From Desulfatiglandales bacterium (GTDB taxonomy: Bacteria > Desulfobacterota > DSM-4660 > Desulfatiglandales > Desulfatiglandaceae), in NCBI GenBank assembly GCA_963662465.1, contig OY759599.1, positions 7,712,001 through 7,776,000 on the forward strand: a DNA stretch of 64,000 nt, given 5' to 3'. Below are positions 28,539-36,494 of this stretch, in pieces. The notes below the pieces were generated by a model. The model saw nothing but the letters and a program-made list of their open reading frames with translations, had not been told where the DNA came from and ran no database searches. Position 1 is the stretch's first letter. The number at the start of each line of letters is the position of its first letter. A program made the translations under genes and the position numbers.

Positions 28539-29282
28539 TCAGCTGGATAGGGCCGTCTTCCGAGTTGTTCTTTTTGCTTTTTTTACCTGTGCCTTTTCGG
28601 GTAGGACCGGTGTTTTCTGCTGTGCCTTTTTGGTAGTCGCCTGTTTTTTTGTCCGGGGTGCTGGTGGCGCTTTCACAGTGTCCGCTGACTTCGACAATGG
28701 TTGGTTTTTCTTGGGTTTCTTCCCGGCCACTCTTTTTTGTGTCTTCGGCAAGCCATTTGCAGGCCTTTTTTTTTTCAGCGTAATCATATCGGTTGTTCTG
28801 CTGTCAGGTGTTTCGGACAGGGCATGGAACAGGGCCAACCGCCAGCCCGCGCCTTGTCTCTGGCCTGGGGCCACGCCCTTGGCGTAAAGCCACCAGCGTT
28901 CCTCACGGGCCAGTTCGCGCCAGCCATGCAGGATGGCCTCGGCCTGACCATCGCCACCTACCTCGCTCAAGGCCCAGAAGAGTACGGCAAGTTCCCGACC
29001 GATGAGTGGGCTCAGGCGGTTAGTGCCGCGTTTCAGAACAGGGGCCTTTTTCGGCCGTTCGGTTTCGCCCATCCCTTCAGCAAGTTCCCGGACAACCCGG
29101 TCACTTAATGCATTCCACAAGTCTGTCGGGATTAAAGCAAGCTCGGTCCGCCGTGGCCCGCGCTCGGTCTGGATGATCTCCGTGAGAAGGCACTGGCCGG
29201 CCTTTCCGGTATCCCAGACCAGTTCATAGAAGTCACCAGTGGGATCGACAACGCCAAAATCATGGACAACGGGGGTGCTCAT
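28539..29282 (-). CDS. DUF3780 protein with Lys-rich C-terminal tail
   Basis: GRELAVLFWA...W...EERWWLY...GWRLALFHAL; ATGA overlap with upstream stop. Confidence 0.85.
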   Translation of the reverse strand: MSTPVVHDFGVVDPTGDFYELVWDTGKAGQCLLTEIIQTERGPRRTELALIPTDLWNALSDRVVRELAEGMGETERPKKAPVLKRGTNRLSPLIGRELAVLFWALSEVGGDGQAEAILHGWRELAREERWWLYAKGVAPGQRQGAGWRLALFHALSETPDSRTTDMITLKKKRPANGLPKTQKRVAGKKPKKNQPLSKSADTVKAPPAPRTKKQATTKKAQQKTPVLPEKAQVKKAKRTTRKTALSS

Positions 29283-32200
29283 TGGCTCACCTGACTTTGC
29301 TCGATCTTGGTGTTGCTGTCCACCTGCCACTTAAGAAACGACGAGCCGGTGGCAAAATGGATCTGATCGAAACGCAGCGACCACTCCCCGTCCGGCACCT
29401 GCTGGTCGAGAAACTCAAAGGCAGTGATGATGGCCTGGGGTTCCAAGCGGGTCTTACGGTCCCAGGTCAGGGTGACGGTATGGTCGGTGGCGGCGTGGGT
29501 AACCTTGGCCTGCACCATCTGCAGTCGCGCGTCCGCCGGTAATCCGGCCAGGAACTGATAGCTGGCTGATCGGCTGACCAGATGGGTAAAAACACGGCCA
29601 TTCACGGTCACCGGCAGCGCTGGATCAATGGGAGGCGGATCGTCCGCCCCTCCACCGCCACCCCCACCTTTTCTGGGGATGGTAAAGCTGACATCCTTGG
29701 TGGCACTGCCCTTTGTGGCATGGAGGCGCACCGTGGTTCCTTCCGCAACATCAATGCCAGGAGGCGCGTAGGTTTTCCCCTGGTTGGCCGGATCAGCGCC
29801 GTCAATTGTGAATCGTACTGAAGACGAAGGCGGCACCACCTTGACCTTGACCACCTTTTTGCCTGGTGTAGGGGAATCCATGAAATCGTGGAACAGGTCG
29901 ATGCTGTTCTCGATGCGGTAGGGTTTTCCTTCCTTGTTCTGACCTCTTGAATCCACCGCCTTGAACTCGATCAGCATGGCGTCGGAGGCCAGCGGGCTGT
30001 CTGGGCTATGAGTGCGGTATTCGCCGCCATCCTCACGAACCATTAGCCTGTCGGCATGGGCGAGCTTGATGTCAGTGGTGGTGATTGTGCCGGTATCGCG
30101 GCCACGCGAGTACTCAATAGTCACGCCGGTGATTTCTTCAAAGGGCGGTTTCAGGAGCTGACCGGCCTCTTCCCGCCACTCGCCAGCGGTCAGGAGCGCT
30201 TCGCGCATCCGATCCAAAGTGCCTGGCTCAATCCAGAGCATGTGGCCCCTTGAGGCCGCTCCTTCCTTGATCTGTTCCCAGGAGGTGCGGTTGGTTGCAG
30301 GGAAAAGGAAAGTTTCAATCCGGTTTCGAAGTGGCTGATAGACCTTGACTTTGTTGTCACCGGAAGCCGGAGCAAAGACTTGAAACTTTTTGACGTCCCG
30401 CAGGGTGGCCTCGACCACAAACTCCCCCTTGCTGGCGATCTCGTTGCGGTATTGAATGCGGTTGCCGGATTTTTCATCGATATAGCTGTCAAGGAGCGGG
30501 GTGACTATGAGCGCGGTTTCCTGTTCTTCGTCGATAAGTGGATAGTAGAGTTTGTTGAAGACTGCCTTCACGGCGATAAAGAGTTCGGTCTGGTATTCGG
30601 CCAAAGAGTCCTTGGCCTTCTTGTACTGGCTGTCATCCGGGGTCAAATCGGCAAGCACCTGGCTGATGGCCCAGAGGCGCTCCGCCTTCTTGTTGACATT
30701 GAAGATACCGGTCTGGTCCACTGCGGTGAGCACAGCAAGCCGGTTTTTGAACTTCTCGTCGGTGAAAAATGTCTGAAAATCGGTGTCCGGCTTGAGGATG
30801 AGCAAAGTTGACCGGTCCCGTTCGAGCTGCACTTTGTCCAGGGCGGGGAGCACTGCCAGTTTCTGGTAGCAACGTTTGTCGCGGGGATCAAACATCTCTT
30901 TCAGTTTTTCCTCGATCATCGCGTCCCGGTCGGTGGTGGTACAGACATTGGTGTAGCTGTTGACCTGGGCGTTGAGGTTCTTATGACGATGGAAAAAATA
31001 CCGCCCGGATTTTGTCTGTTCAATGTACCAGCATGTGTCATAGAGTTTCTTGAGAGCATCACGCAGCCCGAGGATGGACTGGCCCGGCGCCAGAAGGTAC
31101 TCGGCAACCTCGGCATCGGTGAGCCCCCTGGGGTGTATTTCGGAAAGCGATGCACTGTAGATCCAGCGGGCGCATCGGCTGGCAAGGTTGTCGGTTTCAG
31201 TATCCAGGCTTTCTGCATGAGAAGTGCCACTGTTGGCGATGTCGGTCTGCAGGGCGTCCCGCAGGGATTTCTTGACCTCAATGAAACGGCTGGAGACATT
31301 GGCATCGTTAAAGTCTGCTGTTTCAAGAGCGAGGAGATAGTGTTTCCCGACTGCGTTTTCACCTTTATTCCAGAGGCTCCTGACAATGGTCGCCATTAAC
31401 CGGATCACATCTCGGGTCTTCTGGAAACCCGGGTTATCATTGAATGAGGCAATGAGGTGCTTGGTGGAGAAATGAAAAGGCCAGGAAGCATGGATCTCTT
31501 CCCTGATCTTCATGGTGGGCCGGTCGATGATCGTTTTGGCTTTGTCAAGTTCGGCAACATAACCGGATGCAATCGCCTCAATCTCCTTGCGGGTGGCGTT
31601 AATCTCCTGGAAGAGCCGCCGCCGCAGAATGGCGTAGAGTTCATCCTTGGTATTGTCAACCGGTGCGATGCTCTGCGCTCCTTTGGACATCTCGTTGTCC
31701 ACACTTTTCAAAGCGCTGCCGAGCATATCGTTGGATTTGAGAATACGGGACAATTCTTCCGCACCCTGTTCCCAATCCTTCTGGAGATCAGCAATGACAA
31801 TAACCGCCTGCCGGCACTCCTTGTAATCGCGTATGGCGCCAAACAGGTTAGTCAAGGCAATGCCGGCCAGGGTTGCGCCCCTGGTTCCTTCTTCCTTGCT
31901 CCCTTGGCTTGCGGCATGCACCAGATAAAAGGCCAGCTCGTCGAGCAAGATCAACGCCTGACGTCCTTTGAGAGCATCACGCCATTCCTCTTCCGACGGG
32001 GCTCGGTCGGAGGGGAACTTGACGCCAAGGGCATCGCCCAGATAAACCCACACCTTCTTGTCAGTGGCCCGCCCGGTGAATGCCGCGACGACGTCGGGGT
32101 GTGCCTTGGGCAATGGGTCTTTGAAATTAACCAGGGTGGCCAGATGGGGGAAACGTGCCAGGATGCCTGCCACGATCATGCTTTGGGTTTTACCACCGCC

Positions 32201-32428
32201 CATGGATTCGGAGAGTTTATAGATGCCGCTGGCCGAACCTGTGCCAGCTATCCGGGCAAACGCCTGGGAGAGAAGCGTCTCCATGCCCGACGTAAGGACG
32301 TTGGAGTCAAGAAACTCTCGCGCTTCTGCCTCGGTGAGTCGAGGCAGGTCGGAAAGATTGACGACAAAATCAGCTGTACCATCAAGGACGGCCTGGCGAG
32401 GTATACAGGATTGAAAAAGGTTTTTCAT
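29279..32428 (-). CDS. DUF499 AAA+ ATPase with C-terminal Fn3-like domain
   Basis: SMGGGKTQ (Walker A), ILLDEL (Walker B), WPFH, FQKTRDVIRL; FTIDGADP Fn3-associated motif. Confidence 0.9.
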   Translation of the reverse strand: MKNLFQSCIPRQAVLDGTADFVVNLSDLPRLTEAEAREFLDSNVLTSGMETLLSQAFARIAGTGSASGIYKLSESMGGGKTQSMIVAGILARFPHLATLVNFKDPLPKAHPDVVAAFTGRATDKKVWVYLGDALGVKFPSDRAPSEEEWRDALKGRQALILLDELAFYLVHAASQGSKEEGTRGATLAGIALTNLFGAIRDYKECRQAVIVIADLQKDWEQGAEELSRILKSNDMLGSALKSVDNEMSKGAQSIAPVDNTKDELYAILRRRLFQEINATRKEIEAIASGYVAELDKAKTIIDRPTMKIREEIHASWPFHFSTKHLIASFNDNPGFQKTRDVIRLMATIVRSLWNKGENAVGKHYLLALETADFNDANVSSRFIEVKKSLRDALQTDIANSGTSHAESLDTETDNLASRCARWIYSASLSEIHPRGLTDAEVAEYLLAPGQSILGLRDALKKLYDTCWYIEQTKSGRYFFHRHKNLNAQVNSYTNVCTTTDRDAMIEEKLKEMFDPRDKRCYQKLAVLPALDKVQLERDRSTLLILKPDTDFQTFFTDEKFKNRLAVLTAVDQTGIFNVNKKAERLWAISQVLADLTPDDSQYKKAKDSLAEYQTELFIAVKAVFNKLYYPLIDEEQETALIVTPLLDSYIDEKSGNRIQYRNEIASKGEFVVEATLRDVKKFQVFAPASGDNKVKVYQPLRNRIETFLFPATNRTSWEQIKEGAASRGHMLWIEPGTLDRMREALLTAGEWREEAGQLLKPPFEEITGVTIEYSRGRDTGTITTTDIKLAHADRLMVREDGGEYRTHSPDSPLASDAMLIEFKAVDSRGQNKEGKPYRIENSIDLFHDFMDSPTPGKKVVKVKVVPPSSSVRFTIDGADPANQGKTYAPPGIDVAEGTTVRLHATKGSATKDVSFTIPRKGGGGGGGADDPPPIDPALPVTVNGRVFTHLVSRSASYQFLAGLPADARLQMVQAKVTHAATDHTVTLTWDRKTRLEPQAIITAFEFLDQQVPDGEWSLRFDQIHFATGSSFLKWQVDSNTKIEQSQVSQ

Positions 32429-32447
32429 GAAAGCCCCTTTTGAATAA

Positions 32448-32753
32448 TTATTGACAAATCAAATAGCTACGTCGTGACAAATCCGATAACCTGGGCGGAG
32501 CTAATCCCCCTGTGAGCGTCCCCTTGGAAAAAATCAGAGTCCCATCTGAATCCAGGATATTTTTTTCCGTGCGCTTTGGGTAGCTGGCCGTAGGCATTTC
32601 CTGAAGGTGGTATTTATCCGGGAAAATGCCGTCTTCAGTCTTCCGGCCTTTGGGAATCCATCCGCCATGGGGGATATCGTGCTTAATGGCGAAATCAAGG
32701 GCCGCTTGGTCGGCGCCAGTCTGGCCGCCTGAAATGATTTTCTTTATTCGCAT
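32448..32753 (-). pseudogene. Putative molybdenum carrier / YpsA SLOG-family protein, 3'-truncated
   Basis: KIISGGQTGADQAALD...GGWIPKGR...YPKRTEKNILDSDGTLI...LTGG, then similarity is lost at ~32505. Confidence 0.75.
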
Positions 32754-32784
32754 AATGTTTCTATCCGTAATCAAAAGATACTTT

Positions 32785-33246
32785 TCACGACCAATGTTCT
32801 CTAGGCCCAACATATTTCATGACCCGACCGCTTGTAGTACCAAAATCAATCACATCCTCTTCTGGCTCCTGATTCTTCCCGTTAAAAAACTCATAGCAAG
32901 AGCAATTCGTATCAAAGATTATGACCGCTTCGGGATCATCGTCTATCTCACAATATTCCATGTCTAGCTTATCCTTCATACGTCCAATTATTCCGAAAGA
33001 ATCACTGAAATCAGGTGAATCTAAGACCTGTTCAATAAGGCTATAAAGTTGCAGCAAATCAACCATGAATGAATTGCATTTGTCGCATTCCATATGTACC
33101 GCATCGTCAATGAAATCATCGCATAGGTACAACCTCTTAGCTGCTCGAATAAAATTAGAATAGTATTGCTTCCCGATTCTCACATTATTGGGGGAATCAA
33201 AAGTTGATAATCCAGAATCAATAATTTCAATCAAAAAACGCCGCAT
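32785..33246 (-). CDS. Acidic hypothetical protein
   Basis: ORF with RBS GAGGAGG before ATG 33246; no family recognised. Confidence 0.55.
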   Translation of the reverse strand: MRRFLIEIIDSGLSTFDSPNNVRIGKQYYSNFIRAAKRLYLCDDFIDDAVHMECDKCNSFMVDLLQLYSLIEQVLDSPDFSDSFGIIGRMKDKLDMEYCEIDDDPEAVIIFDTNCSCYEFFNGKNQEPEEDVIDFGTTSGRVMKYVGPREHWS

Positions 33247-33389
33247 CACTTGCCTCCTCACCCGGATAAACCCCTTCCATAACCAGGCCCGTACAACGCA
33301 CAACAATGTTTTTCTGAAACCCCAACCATGATTTCAACCTGATATCCCCACCGTGGACCCGTTTGTTGTAGGCGCACGTCCCATGACCA

Positions 33390-34037
33390 TCAAACACAAC
33401 CATGTTGTCGCCGAGGGTGGTATGGTGGCAGTTTTTCAGATACTCGCCGAATTACACAATCAACAGGCGTTGGAAAATTAAGGTGTACAGCACCTTCTTT
33501 ACGTGCGTAATAAGGTTCGTTTGCTTCCCACTGCCTCTTTGCGTTTGCATTGAATCTTGCTTCCAACGACAAGGCCTTTGCAAGCCTCTCTCCATAGAGA
33601 ATTTCTACCCAGCTATTAAGAAGGGTCAGTATTTCATCAGGATACGGGTCAAGATGATCACGTATTCCATGAAGCCCCCATAGCGCGAGTAACGTCTTTT
33701 CACTCGGTACTTGGGTATCTATAGGTTTTGTGCGCAGTGCTTTGATTTCTCTTTTTATCTTCCCTTTCTTCCGACAATACCCCCCAAAACTTAGAGAATA
33801 CGCCAGAGGTGTTATAAGAAGCAGGAAAAGAATTAGTACATATCCAATCGGAAGCATAAAGAGTTGTTTAATCCTATCACCGATGCTTTCTTCCCATTCA
33901 ATTCTCCATGTAATGTCATCTATCGGAGATTCGAATTGAATCCCATCTTTTACTAATCGGGCAAGAAACGAATTTGCCGCAGTCAAATTTGCCTCGCGGG
34001 ATTTTTCAATGCATTGACGTTCTTTGCTACTTATCAT
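33390..34037 (-). CDS. Hypothetical membrane protein
   Basis: 215-aa ORF with one hydrophobic segment; RBS AGAGG. Confidence 0.6.
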   Translation of the reverse strand: MISSKERQCIEKSREANLTAANSFLARLVKDGIQFESPIDDITWRIEWEESIGDRIKQLFMLPIGYVLILFLLLITPLAYSLSFGGYCRKKGKIKREIKALRTKPIDTQVPSEKTLLALWGLHGIRDHLDPYPDEILTLLNSWVEILYGERLAKALSLEARFNANAKRQWEANEPYYARKEGAVHLNFPTPVDCVIRRVSEKLPPYHPRRQHGCV

Positions 34038-34678
34038 AAATATAACCTCTATCCCTTAATCCAATTTGTCGCCATGCGGTTGAATGCTCCTCATTTAAGA
34101 TACGGGGTTGTTTTGGTCGATATCCATTTCGTCCTCTGGCTGAGGTTATTTTCATGCGGAGTTTATCAACAAAATTTCATGGGAAAGGATGATAGTACGC
34201 ATGGGTTCCTGAATTCAAGCTTTTTCCAAGCGCCGGGCACTAACAATAACTGACAGCCTTCCTGAGCATAACCAACAGGAGAAATCGAATTACTTTAACC
34301 TCAAAGATAAGATTCGCCAATGCCACGAGGTGAGTTGTTCGCCGTCAAAGGAATAACATGGATCAAATCAGGCCGGTTTTTTTGCCTGGGAATAGTTGGG
34401 AGGGTATTTTGTCGGTTTTGTCGGTATGTAATTAGCGCGTTTTTATATTTTTTATGCCTGGGGTGGCAGGTCCTTTTAAGGATTTTGGGTATTTTGAGTA
34501 TAGGGGTTGAAAGTTGAAAAATCTTTCTCTTGTTGATGGGGAAGGAAGCTGGCCCCCGGTGGCCGTTTTTTTGTGGTAAACGGATATCAAATCCGAAAAA
34601 AGTGGTAAATAAGTGGTAAATCCGGGGGTAGAGGTAAAGCTCTGAAAATGGCCATTCGCCGTAAGTCCTTGTTATTGT

Positions 34679-34755
34679 TGGTGCGCCCAGCAGGATTCGA
34701 ACCTGCGACCTACGGATTCGTAGTCCGTCACTCTATCCAACTGAGCTATGGGCGC
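34679..34755 (-). tRNA. tRNA-Arg (anticodon ACG), CCA encoded
   Basis: GCGCCCATAGCTCAGTTGGATAGAGTGACGGACTACGAATCCGTAGGTCGCAGGTTCGAATCCTGCTGGGCGCACCA folds as a cloverleaf. Confidence 0.97.
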
Positions 34756-34823
34756 AATGGCAGAAAGAGTATATACCAGAGTTCGTTCGATTTGGCAACC
34801 ATTCAATGGATATAAATAAATTT

Positions 34824-35312
34824 TCAGGTGTATCTGTGAACAATTTTTTTGATGATGGCGGTGGTTGAATGGCCTGTGACAAATGGGATCCTTCGAACTT
34901 GTCCTCCGGACGCTTTCACCACGTCCGCGCCGATGATTTCGCTTTCCGCCCAGTCGCCGCCTTTGACCAGAATATGGGGGAGCAGCTCTTTGATGATCCG
35001 TAAAGGGTTGTCTTCGTCAAAGATCAGGACCCCGTCAACGCATTCAAGGGCCGCCAGCAGTTCCGCCCGCATCTGTTCCGGAAAAATGGGCCTTTTGCTG
35101 CCTTTAATGGCCTGAACGGAACGATCGCTGTTGAGGCCCACCATTAAAAAATCTCCCAGATTTTTGGCGGAAGACAGATAACGGGCGTGTCCGGGATGGA
35201 GGATATCGAAACAGCCGTTGGTAAAGACGATTCGTTTTCTCGCATTTTTGAGCGTGGCGCATTTTTTTTTGGCGTCATCGAGGGTGTATATTTTGTTGAG
35301 ATACGACTTCAT
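34824..35312 (-). CDS. rfaE2: D-glycero-beta-D-manno-heptose 1-phosphate adenylyltransferase
   Basis: VFTNGCFDILHPGH, GLNSDRSV, LVKGGDW, STT. Confidence 0.93.
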   Translation of the reverse strand: MKSYLNKIYTLDDAKKKCATLKNARKRIVFTNGCFDILHPGHARYLSSAKNLGDFLMVGLNSDRSVQAIKGSKRPIFPEQMRAELLAALECVDGVLIFDEDNPLRIIKELLPHILVKGGDWAESEIIGADVVKASGGQVRRIPFVTGHSTTAIIKKIVHRYT

Positions 35313-35335
35313 TAATGGCTCCTGGTTTCAAAAGA

Positions 35336-36076
35336 TTATAGCACGGCCTTTGCCAGGGTGACACAAAAAACAGCCTCGGCGCCGCCTGAAGTCAGGACCC
35401 TTGCGCATTCGTTCAGGGTATTTCCGGTGGTTGCCACATCGTCAACCAGAAGGATGTTTTTTTTGAGTACCGCCTTGGGGGTTTTCAGGTGAAAGGCGCT
35501 GTGAACATTTTTCCGTCTTTGTTTTTTGGACAGGGTGGTTTGAGAGATGGTGTATTTTGTTCGGATCAGGGAGAAAAAATCCAATTCTCCGTTCAGTTTT
35601 TTGGCAATGTGCCTTGCCATCAGGAGGCTCTGGTTAAACCCTCGTTCCCGAAGCCGCTTGAGGTGGAGGGGAACGGGTATGATCAAAAATGGTCCCCGGT
35701 TTTGGAATCGTGTCTTCACAAATTCAGCCAGAAGCGGTCCCACTGAATCGGCCACAAAGGTTTTTTGCCCGTACTTGAGCCGATGAACCGCCTCGACAAC
35801 AGGCCCTTCGTACCGATATGGGGCGTAGGCTGTTTGAAAAAACGGCTTTGTTTTGAGGCAATCCTCACAGGTGTGATTTTCAAGCTGATGGGAATCAAAG
35901 GGCATGCCGCAGATGTTGCAGAAAGGCGCCTCGATGGCGCTGAAGCTTGAGATGCAGTCGGTGCATATGGAATGTTGGGCTTCCCCTGCAATAAAAGGGG
36001 CCTTCCACAAAAAATTTCCGCAAATGACGCATCGGGGCGGGTAGATGATTTGAGCAAGCTGTTTTATGGGGTTCAC
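35336..36076 (-). CDS. comF: ComF family protein (double zinc ribbon + PRTase)
   Basis: CxxC x4, PVPLH...RGFNQS, LLVDDVATTGNT. Confidence 0.92.
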   Translation of the reverse strand: MNPIKQLAQIIYPPRCVICGNFLWKAPFIAGEAQHSICTDCISSFSAIEAPFCNICGMPFDSHQLENHTCEDCLKTKPFFQTAYAPYRYEGPVVEAVHRLKYGQKTFVADSVGPLLAEFVKTRFQNRGPFLIIPVPLHLKRLRERGFNQSLLMARHIAKKLNGELDFFSLIRTKYTISQTTLSKKQRRKNVHSAFHLKTPKAVLKKNILLVDDVATTGNTLNECARVLTSGGAEAVFCVTLAKAVL

Positions 36077-36480
36077 TTTTTCGGGGGTCCGCCGGTTGGG
36101 GACGCTTTGACGAAGTCCTCAAAAGAGCAATCTCGATTGATTCCCCGGCACGCCAGTTTGGCGTTGTTCCAGGTTTCTTCATCCGCTACGTTTGCCGGGA
36201 AAAAGGGCCACAGGTCGCAGCGGGCAGGCTTTACGGGATGAATCGTACACCCTTTTCCCTTTTGAAAGAAAATGCAGAAATTGTCCGCGCCTACTTTGGC
36301 ATAGATTCTGCCATTGCGCTTTTCAGTGTATTCTGAAAGGAAATCTTCAAGGCCCAGGCCCAGAAATTCCGCTATTCTCTTCCGTTCTTCTTCTTCCATA
36401 AAGATGCCGCCCTCGCCATAGCAGCATTCTCCACACATTTTGCAATCAAATGCTTTCAATATTGATCCTCGCCCGGACAA
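36073..36480 (-). CDS. YkgJ-family cysteine-cluster protein
   Basis: CKMCGECC, CIF, CTIHPVKPARCDLWPF. Confidence 0.88.
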   Translation of the reverse strand: MSGRGSILKAFDCKMCGECCYGEGGIFMEEEERKRIAEFLGLGLEDFLSEYTEKRNGRIYAKVGADNFCIFFQKGKGCTIHPVKPARCDLWPFFPANVADEETWNNAKLACRGINRDCSFEDFVKASPTGGPPKK

Positions 36481-36494
36481 GCCGGATTTTAAGA

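Larger units (their letters stand above)
10771..34728. mobile_element. ~24 kb integrative element (satellite/PICI-like or IME-like genomic island) in tRNA-Arg(ACG)
   Basis: 71-bp direct repeat 10771-10841 / 34658-34728 (1 mismatch) containing tRNA 3' half; adjacent tyrosine integrase; Xis-like, primase, DUF3987 helicase and defence cargo. Confidence 0.93.

Noticed and set aside
10771..34728. Calling the island a prophage or ICE
   Set aside because: No structural, lysis, terminase, relaxase, coupling-protein or T4SS genes recognised
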